From contig OX597819.1 of assembly GCA_951406725.2 (NCBI GenBank), positions 43,896,001 to 43,960,000 on the forward strand: 64,000 bases of DNA, read 5' to 3'. A program made the translations under genes and the position numbers. Below are positions 30,604 through 44,914 of the stretch, piece after piece; positions within the stretch are counted from its first letter, which is position 1, and each line of letters begins with the position of its first letter. This DNA is from Octopus vulgaris (taxonomy: Eukaryota). Below the pieces are notes generated by a model that saw only the letters and a program-made list of their open reading frames with translations, was not told the DNA's origin and ran no database searches.

Positions 30604-30646
30604 TTGAACTCGACAAAGACAGGCTTGCTGTCGAAATATCGTTCAA
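30604..30646 (+). ncRNA. Minimal HHR variant with a U3-A8 core
   Basis: ttgaac-TCGACAA-a-gacag-gcttg-ctgtc-GAAA-TA-TC-gttcaa. Helix I is 6 bp, helix II 5 bp, helix III palindromic ATAT, AUC site, followed by aataaa. Confidence 0.7.
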
Positions 30647-30966
30647 CCAATAAAATATCTATTGCAATCGCATCGCGCTCTTTGTATTGTCTATTTAGCT
30701 TTGGGAAAAGTTACATCAATCCTTTTAAAATATTATTAGTATTAGTGTTATCTTTATATTAATTCTTGTGGCCAATAAAAGACATAATGATGATAATAAT
30801 AATAATAACAATAATAATAATAACAATTATTATCATTATTAGTAGTAGTAGTATAGTTTCTTTTCATTATAACTTTATTTCAGTTGCCTTAGTATCGGAC
30901 ATCCTACGGAGGCCAAGAGTAGCAAGGGCACTTTTGTTGTCGTCGTCGTCGTCGTTATTGTTGTTG

Positions 30967-31475
<509 letters not shown>

Positions 31476-31486
31476 TATTATTATTA

Positions 31487-31557
<71 letters not shown>

Positions 31558-31869
31558 GTTGTTGTTGTTGCTGCTGCTGCTGCTGTTGTTGTGCATCATA
31601 ACAAAATATATTTTCTACGTAATTGTTTTCTAATGAACATTTCCAATTTTTAGGATGTAATTTGAGGATGAGTTGGCTGCTATTTCTTGTAGATGAAGTG
31701 AAGTATTGATCTGAAAGAAATACACAAATAAAAAAATAAACCCAACACTTGTCACCATATTTCCATGTCTTCCGTCGTTTCCGATGGTGAGTTTTCAAAC
31801 TGAACAATCAATTGAATTGGCTACTCATATTCTTTCAATATTCTTTCTAATTGATATATGAAGTAAGAA

Positions 31870-32320
31870 CCAGTCGAGGCAAGAGGAAGTCGATTACATC
31901 GATCCTCCAATGAACAACTGGTACTTATTTTATTGACCTCGAAATGATGAAAAGCAAAATCGACCTCCGCGACATTTGAACTGAGAACGTAAAGAACAAG
32001 AAGAAATACCTATTTCTTTACTACCCACAAGGGGCTAAACACAGAGAGGACAAACAAGGACAGACAAACGGATTAAGTCGATTAGATCTACCCCAGTGGG
32101 TAACTGGTACTTAATTTATCGACCCCCGATAGGATGAGATGTAAAGTCGTCCTCGGCGGAATTTGAACTCAGAACGTAATTCCAAACGAAATACGGCTAC
32201 GCATTTCGCCCGGCGAAATACCGCTAAGCATTTTGCTAAACAACTAGAAGAAATACCGCTAAGCATTTTGACCGACGTGCTAACTATTCTCTCAGTTCGC
32301 CTGTTCCTTAAAATATAATG
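31870..32320 (-). mobile_element. SINE family B concatemer, rearranged
   Basis: Two cores, the recurrent junction gaaatacc|tatttctttactaccc at ~32010, and triplicated gaaatac(c/g)gcta segments. Confidence 0.8.
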
Positions 32321-32344
32321 CAAAATGACTGAGTATTCAACAGA

Positions 32345-32535
32345 TATACGTAAAAACAAAAATAAATCATCTCGAAACTGGCCTGTATAGAGATGACGGG
32401 TTCGCTTTATCTCAATAAGTCAATGAACACGTACTGCATGTAATTAGATAAGATTTTCTTAACAGCTTTAGTAATTTTAGCTTGAAACTAATTTCTCCTC
32501 TCATAATATATGTATTAAACATGTCATTGTTAGAA
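32345..32535 (+). pseudogene. Second fragment of the same PLE RT (GLYRDDG region)
   Basis: Aligns by eye with 28905-29070. Confidence 0.7.
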
Positions 32536-32914
32536 CTGATGCAGAATCAGTGACACCTTGTACCATAAAACTGGCCTTTTGAATTACAGGTACATACCAT
32601 CTGACAGGATGCTTCACAGATTCTGTCTACTTAATTGCATGTGCAAATCTTAAGTCGATTCAAGACTATGGTAGAAAACACTCGTCCATCATGTCAAGTA
32701 TATACACATAAACATACACACATTCACACGCATAAACATACTACACTTAAATACACATATGCACATATATATAATCCTATAAACACACACACATACATAC
32801 ATGCGTACATACATATATAAATACATGTATAAATACACACATACACACATACGCATGCATACATGCATACCACATAATTGTACACCAACGTACACAAGAA
32901 ACCCATACAAATTA

Positions 32915-33324
32915 GGCGTAGGAGTGGCTGTGTGATAAGTTGCTTGCTTACCAACCACATGTTACTGGGTTCAGTCCCACTGCGTGGCACCTTGGGCAAG
33001 TGTCTTCTACTATAGCCTCGGGCCGACCAAAGCCTTGTGAGTAGATTTGGTAGACGGAAACTGAAAGAAGTCCGTCGTATATATATATATATATATTTGT
33101 GTATGTGTGTGTATATGTTTTTGTGTCTGTGTTTGTGCCCCCCAACATCGCTTGACAACCAATGCTGGTGTGTTTACGTCCTCGTCACTTAGCGGTTCGG
33201 CAAAAGAGACCGATAGAATAAGTACTAGGCTTACAAAGAATAAGTCCTGGCGTCGATTTGCTCGACTAAAGGCGGTGCTCCAGCATGGCCACAGTCAAAT
33301 GACTGAAACAAGTAAAGGAGTAAA
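32915..33324 (+). mobile_element. SINE family A, full length
   Basis: A-box tggctgtgtga, B-box ggttcagtccc, internal TA/TG linker, tail aagtaaaggagtaa. Confidence 0.92.
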
Positions 33325-33694
33325 CTACTACATAAAATCGCACGCGTACACACACAAACATTCATGCACACACATACACACACACACAAGCATGCACACA
33401 CATACACTCACACAAACACGTGTACTCACGCATTCTACCTTAATATACACAAATATACGCAGACCGTTACATGAACTCTCACGCCGACACGTGCACGTTC
33501 ATCTACAAACACACATACACAAACACATACACAGACGCATGCACACATACACACACACATATATACGTATGCATATACTTAACACGCACACATACGTACT
33601 CAAATATCTGCACAAAACACTATACAGGAGCACAAATATTCATACACATATACTCATAGTAGCAAATACGTACCTATGTATACTGCCGCATGAA

Positions 33695-33808
<114 letters not shown>

Positions 33809-34367
33809 ACACACATATTGCTATAGAAACACGCACATAAATTCTTGTACACAAACACATTCAGTCATACACATTCACACAAACCTGCCAACATAAAAAC
33901 CACACGTATGGCCATCTGCATTAACACATCTTACATAGAAAACACACATACATATACACCCATATCCAAACAAACAAACATAGACACAACCTCCCACACT
34001 AACAAACAAACAAGCAAACAAACAAACAGATTTGGTAACTGAAAATCTGTGTAATTAAGCCATAACATTATTCAACAATCTAACAATATCGATAAAGTTA
34101 TTAACAAACACTAAATAAATAAAATAAATAATAAAATAAAAAATAAAGTGGTGATCTATAGATATTCGAACTTAACACGAACATAGTGGAACTTTCCCCT
34201 ATATTATAGTGTCTGTTTAGAAAACTGTCTAGAAATTAGTGTTAACATCGGAATAACAGTTAACCGGAGACGATGGGTGTTCTGGAACCACTGGCGGTGT
34301 TTACATGGAATTTCAGAAATCTATTGAGAGTTGACGTTAGTAGAAACTAATGATGTTCTTTACTCTT

Positions 34368-34462
<95 letters not shown>

Positions 34463-34995
34463 TGTGTGTGTGTGTGTGTTTGATTATGTATATATATAGG
34501 GTTGAGTTAGGTAGATGTATAGGTAGTTATACATACATACGTGTGTACATTTATATATATATATATATAAATTGATATAATTATATACATGCATATATAA
34601 TATTTAATCTACATATCAGATTAATTACATATATACTACATAAATGCACATCATTATATATTTATATACATTTATATAGCAATAAAGTAAATATATATAT
34701 ATATGTATGTATAGGTATATGTATGTCTATATCTATATCAATCTACCTATCTATTTATCTATTTATATATATTATATGCATACACACACACACATATATA
34801 TATATATGTGTGTGTGTGTGTATACATAAATTCAGATACACATATAATATATATCTATGTATGTCATATGTGTGTATGTGTGTGTATATAGGTATGTACA
34901 AGCAATCATACATTCTCTCGTGCTAAGTAGTACACAGACAAATATATATGGAACTTCTTGAGTAAATATCTCGTTATGGGTGTGTATATATATAT

Positions 34996-35057
<62 letters not shown>

Positions 35058-35160
35058 ATATATGTGTATATATATGTATGTATATGTATATATGTATGTA
35101 TTTATATGTATATATATATACATATATACATATATACATATATATATGCATATGTATATA

Positions 35161-35305
<145 letters not shown>

Positions 35306-35350
35306 GTACGTGATCTCAGAAAATCACACGCACAGATGTGCAGTCATTCG

Positions 35351-35394
<44 letters not shown>

Positions 35395-35559
35395 AGGGGA
35401 TTTGTACGCTGACACACATTTCTACGCTGTGTTCAATATTGAAATATATATTGAATTGCCAGTAATAATCAGGTTGTATATTAAGAGAAAATTGTAACAA
35501 TTGGGACAGTTATTATATTGGTGAATGGACAGGAGAGAGTGTATAATGAAGGAGCAGAG

Positions 35560-35570
35560 ATAGTGAGAGA

Positions 35571-35622
<52 letters not shown>

Positions 35623-36200
35623 GAGAGAAGGGTAGATAATGAGAGAGAAAGAGAAAATTAGAGGGAGAAAGAATGAAAAAGGGATGGAGATAAAGGAGAG
35701 AGAGTACAAGCAGGCAAAGCGAGGCAGGGAAAGAGAGAGAAAGAGAAATATAGTTCAAGGGAGAGAGAAAGTGAGAAAGAGAGAAAGAGAGACAGAAAGA
35801 ATAAAAGTAAAAGAAAGAGAGAAAGAAAGTGAAAGAGAAAGAGTGAGAAACAGGAAGAGAGAGAGAGAAAGAGTGAAAGAAGTAGTACAAGACAGAGAGA
35901 AATGAGAGAGAGAGAGAGTGCGAGAGGGAGAGCGAGGGGGGGAGAGAAAGTCCGAAGGAGACAAAGAGAGAGTGTGTGTGTATGTAGGGTATAAGAGAGA
36001 AGGCGAAATGAGAGAGGGGAGGTATCATGAGAGAGTAACAAAGAGAGAGAAAGAGAGTGGGAGAAAGAGAAGGAGTTATGAAACCGAGCATAGAAGGGAG
36101 ACAATGTGTGTGTGTGTGTTTGTGTGTGTGTCTGTATGTATGTGTGTGTGTGTGTGTTTGTGTGTTTGTGTCTGAAAGAAAGAGAGAAAAGGGGGTGAGT
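35560..36200. repeat. Degenerate (GA)n purine tract
   Basis: Directly visible; explains the ER-rich and SL-rich ORFs. Confidence 0.9.
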
Positions 36201-37019
36201 CACTTGAGAAGCTTATTAAAGATTAATGTAATTAGAGAGTCGAGTAAAAACCAATCTAAGAGTTAATATACAGTTGTATTCCTTTGACAATTGCCTTTTG
36301 ATTAGAGCACTTTCGCTCGGAAGATTTCGTCTAGTCACGTGAACGCCTGAACCCCCCCCCCTCCCTACCGTCTCCCCACCACCACCCCATCCATGAAATT
36401 GTGATATACGCGGAGAAAGTTATGAAAATTCATTATCAATTTTTCAAAACTTTTCTTCCTTCGACTGCCACACCAACTCCAAATTTTCCAACCTACACCG
36501 TATTAGTCGCAAATCTCTCTTCTTTCTACCCAGTCTCTTCCCGCCTTTACCTTATCGATTATCTATGCCCTCTCCTACTCATTTACGTCTACCTAATATT
36601 GATCTCTGATATTGATAGGCGCGAGGTCACATATTTTGGAGAAGAGTAGTGGGGGGTGGATAAAATCAATCACTTAATATCGATCTTTTCAGTGCTTATT
36701 TATTTCTTATTTCATCCACCCCTTGGATAAGTAGACCTTACTAGGATTTGAAACCAGAACGTTTTATTTAACACAAGACAAAATATTTTTTACATAGACA
36801 ACCAACCCAGTCGATTAAATCTCCTCCACTTCATCATCCTTTATTTCATCGACCCCGGTAGTATTAAAGATAAAGAAGGACTTTGTGGGTATCGAACTCA
36901 AAACGTCATTGAATACCATAATGCATGTTAACATTCCATTGTTTCCCCAATCCATCTATCCATCCATCCATCTATCCATCTTTTCTACGTACTATTCCTG
37001 GAAAGGATGTCAGGATATT

Positions 37020-37430
37020 TCTTATTTCTTTATTGCCCACAAGGGGCTAAACATAGAGGAGAGAAACAAGGACAGGTGAAGGGATTACGTCATCGATCCC
37101 AGTGCGTAACTGGTACTCAATTTATCGACCCCGAAAGGATGAAAGGCAAAGTCAACCTCGGCGGAATTTGAACTCAGAACGTAACGGCAGACGAAATACC
37201 TATTTCTTTACTACCCACAATGGGCCAAACACAGAGAGGACAAACAAGGACAGGCAACGGGATTAAGTCGAGTATATCGACACCAGTGCGTAAATGGTAC
37301 TTAATTTATCGTCCCCGAAAGGATGAAAGGCAAAGTCGACCTTGGCAGAATTTGAACTCAGAACGTAACGGCAGACGAAATACCGCCAAGCATTTCGCCC
37401 GGCGTGCTAACGTTTCTGCCAGCTCGCCGT
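37020..37430 (-). mobile_element. SINE family B dimer
   Basis: Complete head at 37430 and recurrent junction at ~37200. Confidence 0.9.
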
Positions 37431-37431
37431 C

Positions 37432-37880
37432 TTGGCGATGTGAGGATATTGTCCTCGTGCACCTTTTCCATTTGGTCCTATTAGAAGCAATAACCATTAC
37501 ATTTACGAGCTGAATTCCCAAGCGTGACCAACTAAGATTATGGATATTTTCCAACCATCTCATTCTTTGTTTAATTCTATGTTTTGCCTGCAACATTCTA
37601 ATCACATGTGCGTCCCACTGAAGTTGTGACCTATCAATGCAGGGAAGTGGCGACCCAATCTGGAGAGACTCTCTGATCTCAGAGATCTGCATGCTATCGA
37701 GTAACGTTACTCCTTCGGAGAAAGCCTGTTTCGGTCGCTTGTATTAGCGATCGCATCTTTTCGAACATTACCCAAAGTTCATGACCATAGAGAGGGATAG
37801 ACACGAAATTCAAACTGAAGCTTGGCTTTTTACCAACTTCTCCTTTTAGAATGCTGGAGTCGGCGCATTACTGTGACATC
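37432..37880 (-). pseudogene. RTE-clade (Rex3-like) LINE ORF C-terminal fragment
   Basis: LYGHELWVMFEKMRSLIQATETGFLRR, then IDRSQLQWDAHVIRM...RMRWLENIHNLSWSRLGI. Confidence 0.85.
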
Positions 37881-38295
37881 ACTTAGCATCAAATTCAACA
37901 GCCTGCTTCCATCACTCTAATATTGTCTTTTCTGTAAGAGTTACAATTTTTCGCACATCATTTTAATAGGTAGACTTGTCGAGATCGTTATTGATGATGG
38001 TGTTTCGCCCCATTTCGGCTTGGTAAAGTAGACCCGTAGCCATCAGGTAAATTTACCAGAGAAAAAGAATATATCAACTTTCATTTTCTTTTTTTTTTTT
38101 TTTTTTTTAAACAGCAGGATAACATTTGATGATTTGGCTGCTATTGAAATCAGGTCGAGCTATCAGTTAATGGCTTTCTCATTGCCTTGTATTATGATTT
38201 GATTAGCCGTTTAAAAACAAGTATGTTTTTTCACTGTAAACCGGAAACTGTATGTAGAATAATTAGTTATACAAATGGGTAATAAGAAGAGTGTA

Positions 38296-38581
38296 CAGTA
38301 ATCCCTAACCATATCGCGGTTCACCTATTGCGGTTTACCTATCACGGTTTACCTATCGCGGTTTACCTATCACGGTTTACCTATCACGGTTTACCTATCG
38401 CAGTTTATTATTTAAGCTTATGTCGATTATGGTGGTGTTTTGTATTTATAATAAAATAAATATATACAAATTATAAAAAAAATTAAAAAATATATAGTAC
38501 AGTACCGTTTCTACTTCGCAGATTTTCATCTATCGCAGCGGGGTTTGGAATGTAACACCCGCAATAGTCGAGGGATTACTG
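38296..38581. mobile_element. Tigger/pogo-like MITE with an expanded 14-bp internal repeat
   Basis: TA-cagtaatccct...agggattactg-TA; six copies of a cctatc(a/g)cggttta-like unit. Confidence 0.88.
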
Positions 38582-38653
38582 TATAAGCAATTTTACTTTT
38601 TTCAATAGCAAAAGGGCTTGAATTCCATAAAAGATATAAATAATATTCACTTA

Positions 38654-39060
38654 GGCGCAGGAGTGGCTGTGTGGTAAGTAGCTTGCTAACCAACCACATG
38701 GTTCCGGGTTCAGTCCCACTGCGTGGCATCTTGGGCAAGTGTCTTCTGCTATAGCCCCGGGCCGACCAATGCCTTGTGAGTGGATTTGGTAGACGGAAAC
38801 TGAAAGAAGCCTGTTGTATATATGTATATATATATATGTATGTGTGTGTGTCTGTGTTTGTCCCCCTAGCATTGCCTGACAACCGATGCTGGTGTGTTTA
38901 CGTCCTCGTCACTTAGCGGTTCGGCAAAAAAGACCGATAGAATAAGTACTGGGCTTACAAAGAATAAGTCCCGGGGTCGATTTGCTCGACTAAAGGCGGT
39001 GCTCCAGCATGGCCGCAGTCAAATGACTGAAACAAGTAAAAGAGTAAAAGAGTAAAAGAG
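38654..39060 (+). mobile_element. SINE family A, full length
   Basis: ggcgcaggagtggctgtgtggtaag head and (agtaaaag)n tail. Confidence 0.93.
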
Positions 39061-39514
39061 TTAGGCATAGCGATACTGATAACCTCAGAAAAAGAAAGCG
39101 CCTGAGGAGTGATTAGTAATTAAAATGACAAAGGAATAAAAGATTATATCATCAACTTCATTCCTTTACAACTGTTTCTACTACATATGATGCAACGCAC
39201 TCATAGGTCAATGCTTGTGTTGGAAATTGATCTAAAAATCATTCATAGTATATTCGGTTGTAGGAGCTGAGTCCATCTTTGCGTAGCTAGTCAAAGGCCA
39301 ATGAATATAGAGGAATAACTCTTTTTAACGATGAACACATTATGAATTTAAGACAATAAACTAACACAATACAAGGCTATATCATATTGAAGCAGTTGTC
39401 TTCATATGGATCTCAGTTCAATTTGGGCATTAGGTCCATTAGATGAGTCCATTCTGTTGCAAAAAAAAAACAAAAAAAAACAAAAAAAAAAACAAAGAGC
39501 AAAAAAAAAAATGA

Positions 39515-39652
39515 TCCTTTTCTCCGTAGGAACAAGGCCTGAAATTTGGGGACAGGGGTTATTCGATTGCATCGACTCCAGTGCTCAACTGGTACTTACT
39601 TCTTCGACTCCTGAAAAATAAAACATAAAATCAACCCCGGCGAAATTTGAAC
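39515..39652 (-). mobile_element. SINE family B 3' fragment
   Basis: Degenerate core and the alternative tail (acaaggcctgaaatttgggg on +). Confidence 0.65.
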
Positions 39653-39725
39653 CAGGGGTCTTCCAATGATAATAATAATAAGAATAATAATAATAATAAT
39701 GATGATGATGATGATGATAATAATG

Positions 39726-39774
<49 letters not shown>

Positions 39775-39890
39775 TGATGATGATAATGATGATGGTCAGA
39801 GCTATGTAGTTATCCGAGGCCCCGTGGTAGAAATTCTATTAAGCCTCTTACTGGTATAGCCACTTTCTACAATGAAGCAAATGACTATGC

Positions 39891-39949
<59 letters not shown>

Positions 39950-40634
39950 ATGTGTGTATGTATGTGTGTACACTCACACATTTATATACACATATATTCA
40001 TATATATATATATATATATAGAGATATATATATTAATATGTTCGTATGTGTATATGTTTGTGTGTATGCATGTATGCATTTATCTGCTTCTTCTATCCAA
40101 CTATTGATTTCAACCGGAGGCTGTCACCATGCTGGGGCACCGCCATTAAATGAAATTCACCATACGTTCCTCATACACACATGTATTCAATCCACACATA
40201 TATATATATATGTGTGTGTGCGTGTGTGTGTGGATGGTGCGAGAGGAGAGAGAAAAAGCGAAGGAAACACTTTCGTAAAAGAAAGAAAAAGAAGATACGA
40301 AAGAAGGTGAGCAGGAGATAAAGAGACAATGGAAGATCTTGAAAGCTTTAAACGGCTGATTAATCTCTATTTGACCAAACCATGGAATTCTAGATGGAAT
40401 GACTGTGACAAATTTCTAGCATCACACTCAATGCCATACGAAGTAATACGGAGCAAATAATTTACAACATGTAAAATTGTGAGTATTATACGTTTATCAG
40501 TAAATATAATCTTATGGTTTATTAGATCTATCAGTCGGCCAAAACTAAATTGCATATAATAGCCGCTTTTTAATTGGTTGATTGCCATGTGGGGAAGTTA
40601 GTCATATGATTACGGAGTTAAAACTAGTGTCATA

Positions 40635-40705
40635 ATGGCGCAATTCATCAAACATCGCCAAAGTGTTCAGCTCGATATCTTGAGCGGAAATTCTTGGATT
40701 GTGCA
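40635..40705 (+). CDS. Candidate short first coding exon (MAQFIKHRQSVQLDILSGNSWIV-Q/H)
   Basis: ataATGG start and CA|GTTAGT donor-like site (phase 2) in a unique island just before microsatellite. Confidence 0.3.
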
Positions 40706-40974
40706 GTTAGTAGGTAACGGATGGATTGTAAGAGCAGGCATAAACGCACACATGCACACACACACATACACACAGAGGCACACAGACACACACACACACA
40801 CAGGCACACACACACACACACACATACACACACACGTACACATACATACACATATATGCATATATATATAAATGTATATGTATATCACTTACGCAGTGTC
40901 CACACATACACACACACTCATTCACAGCACAAATACTCAGATAGGCACAGAATCAGGGGAGCATGTACGTTAAA

Positions 40975-41040
<66 letters not shown>

Positions 41041-41183
41041 AACGCACACACACACATGCACATGCGTAACATAAACGCACAAATATATATATTTGAATAT
41101 ACATGCATATCTATGTACATGCACATGTATCTGTTTTTCTGTCTCCCTACATCTATTTATCTATCTCTCTCTCTATCTCTCTC

Positions 41184-41250
<67 letters not shown>

Positions 41251-41251
41251 C

Positions 41252-41346
<95 letters not shown>

Positions 41347-42080
41347 CGTATACATATGTACATTAGTATGTGTGTGTGTATATATAAATGTATTTATGTA
41401 AACGTATATATACATACATATATATTGCTTTATGTGAATGAATGAATGAGGAAGTTATGAAGATATACCTTAATTTCAGATGAACGCCCTATTGGCTATG
41501 GCAAAGTTTATGCATTACGCAGTGTAGCGCTTATATGTGTGTATGTATGTATGTATGTATGTATGTATGTATGTATGTATGTATGTATGTATGTATATTT
41601 GCATGTATGTAATTATACGCTTTCATACATACACACATACCATATTCTGTCTCGAGATGTAGCATGTCTTGGAGAGACAAATGTCTCTAGTATTTTATGG
41701 TCATTTGATACCATTGTCCCGGTGCTGCAGAGAATCGCAAGTTGCTCTTTATGTATCGGCCTCTTAAACTCCATTATTCGTTAGCAGTGCGAAATCTCTT
41801 TAATTCAAATGCATTTATAATTTCTTATGGAAACTTGCTAGTACTCTAATCGTCAAAATAAAATTTAAAATAAATTAAAATTAACTTACGGTTTTTATTA
41901 ATTGTATGGATAAAGATTTCGAAGTTTTACGCAAGTAATATCTTTTTTTGTACTCAAAGCAAAAGGGACTAGATTACGTGGTCGAATGCACACAATGATA
42001 TATCAATATTGCTAATACTAGAATACTCTTGGAAATTCAATGGTGCTACACAGACAGAGGCACACAAACAAGCATATATA

Positions 42081-42307
42081 AGGTGGCGAGCTGGCAGAAA
42101 CGTTAGCATGCCGGGCGAAATGCTTAGCGGTATTTCGTCCGCCGTTGCGTTCTAAGTTCAAATTCCGCCAAGGTCGACTTTGCCTTTCATCCTTTCGGGG
42201 TCGATAAATAAAGTACTAGTTTCTCACTGGGGTCGATGTAATCGACTTACTCCCTTTGTCTGTCCTTGTTTGTCCCCTCTATGTTTAGCCCCTTGTGGGC
42301 AATAAAG

Positions 42308-42311
<4 letters not shown>
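42081..42311 (+). mobile_element. SINE family B, full-length monomer
   Basis: ggcgagctggcagaaacgttag head, B-box, Nin-like core, tail ending aaagaaata then (TA)n. Confidence 0.93.
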
Positions 42312-42357
<46 letters not shown>

Positions 42358-42366
<9 letters not shown>

Positions 42367-42652
42367 AGAATATTTTGCGTAATGAGATAAAAAACCAAGG
42401 CTTTGTAGATATTAGAACATTTATAGATAAATCTTATAAATCTATAAATTTTTCTATCTATAAATGTTCTAATATCTACACACCCTTGGGTTTTTTTTAT
42501 CTCATTACGCAAAAAATTCTTATATACACCCGCTGACATATAACCAACGTTGAACCCCTTATTTGTAAAATTACCGAACCTGAAACTTAACTAAGGTCTG
42601 TCTATAGCACCTATTCAGCATTACCTGACACCATTACCTCTAATAACATACA
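42358..42652 (+). mobile_element. Fold-back insert with ~70-bp arms plus unpaired tail
   Basis: 42361-42430 is the inverted copy of 42452-42526; same layout as the other fold-back termini; adjacent to (TA)n. Confidence 0.55.
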
Positions 42653-42655
42653 AAA

Positions 42656-42925
42656 ATGGGACAAGAACGCAAAACAGCCAGACAGTTAGGTGATACAAAA
42701 GAGACAACAAAACATTCAGACAGACGATACAAAGAAAACAAAGCCGGGTCATTCGGAGTTTTCTTTCTTCAGTCGAGTTCCAGATTATCTTTGCAATTTC
42801 GGCTGGTTATAGTGGAGATTGTTCCAATCTCGCCAGCCCCAAGGAAAAACTAAGCTAAGCGCACTAGATTCATTGGAAAAAAGCAGCGAATGTATACGAA
42901 AACAAGGACGGAAAAAAACGGAGAA
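42656..42925 (-). repeat. Fragment resembling the 3' part of the 835-bp tandem unit
   Basis: On -: hairpin ggctgg..ccagcc-GAAA followed about 25 nt later by cgactgaagaa and a T-rich tail, the same order as 16770-16970. Confidence 0.45.
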
Positions 42926-43365
42926 ACGGTGCTTATCCTATCGGTCTATTTTACGGAACCACTAGGTTACGGGGGATGTAAACACACTAACACCGGTTGT
43001 TAAGTAGTGATGGGGAAACAAACATAGACACAAAAACACACTCGTATAGATATATGCATATGTGTGTGTGTGTGTAAAAAGGATGAAAGAGCTAATGGAA
43101 TTATATTTTTGAAAAATAGGAAGAAAATATGTACCGGCTTCAGTCGCTTAAGACGATCTCCTCATGCTGGAATGAAGTGAAAAGAAGAATTGAAGTAATA
43201 TTAATTAAACCTTCATAATACTACTTCTGCAAGCTTATATATTTTTGTTATAACAATCACTCTTATTAAACAGCGATAACTACCAACTAGCAGCAGTTAG
43301 AGGGACCACAGGTACAGCAACAGGTGATTTTCATAAGAAAAATATATGAATTTCCAGAACTGATA

Positions 43366-43618
43366 TTACTCTTTTATTTGTTTCAGCCATTAGACTGCGG
43401 CCATGCTGGAGCACCACCTTTTGTGAAATAAGTCGAGCCCAGGACTCATTATTTGTAAGCCTAATACTGTGGGGTATGTAGCTTGCTTACCAGCCACATG
43501 GTTCCGGGTTCAGTCCCACTGCGTGGCACCTTGGGCATGTGTCTTCTACTATAGTCGCGGGCCGACCAAACTCTTGTAAGTGGATTTGGTAGACAGAAAT
43601 TGAAAGAAGCCTGTCGTA

Positions 43619-43661
<43 letters not shown>

Positions 43662-43891
43662 ATATGTATGTGTGTGTATATGTTTGTATTTCTGTGATTG
43701 TCCCCCCAACATCGCTTGACAACCGATACTGGTGTGTTTACGTCCCCGTAACTTAGCGGTTCGGCAAAAAGAAACGATAGAATAAGTATTAGGCTTACAA
43801 AGAATAAGTCCTTGGGTCGATTTGCTCGATTAAATGTGGTGCTGCAGCATGGCCGCAGTCAAATGACTGAAACCAGTAAAAGAGTAAAAAG
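43366..43891 (+). mobile_element. SINE family A with an inverted copy of a 3' end fused to its head
   Basis: 43366-43467 corresponds to the reverse complement of the last ~100 bp; the body runs from 43468 to 43891. Confidence 0.88.
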
Positions 43892-43897
43892 AAAGGG

Positions 43898-43943
<46 letters not shown>

Positions 43944-44174
43944 TATATAAATTATATTAGATATAAAACCACTATTAGGCAAATCAAACAGTGAAAAACA
44001 TAAACCAATACATAAAAATAAAAATAAAAATAATTAATATAATATACAAAATATATAAAATATAAAATTTAAAATTTTTTATTTATATTTATAAATTTTT
44101 ATATTTTTAAATATTTAAAAAAAATTTTAAACTTTTTTATTTTTTTCATTTTAAATATATATAGCTATCAAAAA

Positions 44175-44267
<93 letters not shown>

Positions 44268-44270
<3 letters not shown>

Positions 44271-44900
44271 CTTAGAATAACTTAGAAAGATTTTGGCCAG
44301 TATTGGCCCAGGCCATGTCTAACTTAATAGCACCACCTGGCGAAGTCTTTCAGTTCAGGATTTGGGCACCAAGGCCCATTCGAGCAGAGAGTTATTGTTT
44401 GCGGAGACATATCCGGGTGTGGGTGGTTTGTCCGGTACTGTTTGAAGGAATTTGTCCAAAGACTTCTTGAATTTTGTGTGGTCAGTTTCTTTTTTGACGT
44501 GTCCTGGTGTAATGTTGAAGAGAGCGGGTCCAATTGAGGTGAAATAGTTGTGCCGTATTGTCGTTATGTGATGCGATTTAGATTTTTGTTGTGGACGGAT
44601 GGCACGTGGTCCAAGCCTTGGATGTATTTTGAAGGTGATGCCAACATCATTCGGACAGTGCTGATGGAATATTTTCCACATCATACAGATAATGTAGCGT
44701 TCACGGCGTCGTTGGAGTGAATACAATTTCAGCTTCTCTAGTCTACCCCAGTAGTCAAGGTCTGACATGCCATCTATCTTTTTTGTGATTGACCTTTGGG
44801 GAGCTTCAATTCTCATAATATTTTGTTTTGTGTAGGGAGACCACAGTGGACAGCAGTATTCAAGGTGGGGTCGGGCAAAAGTAGAGAAGAGAAGGATAAT
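44268..44900 (-). mobile_element. 5'-truncated CR1-type LINE (ORF2 C-terminus, short 3' UTR, ttctaagtta repeat tail)
   Basis: Open frame 44900-44355: FARPHLEYCCPLWSP...QRSITKKI...YWGRLEKLKLYSLQRRRER...FKKSLDKFL. Confidence 0.92.
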
Positions 44901-44914
44901 ATGTATGTATATAT

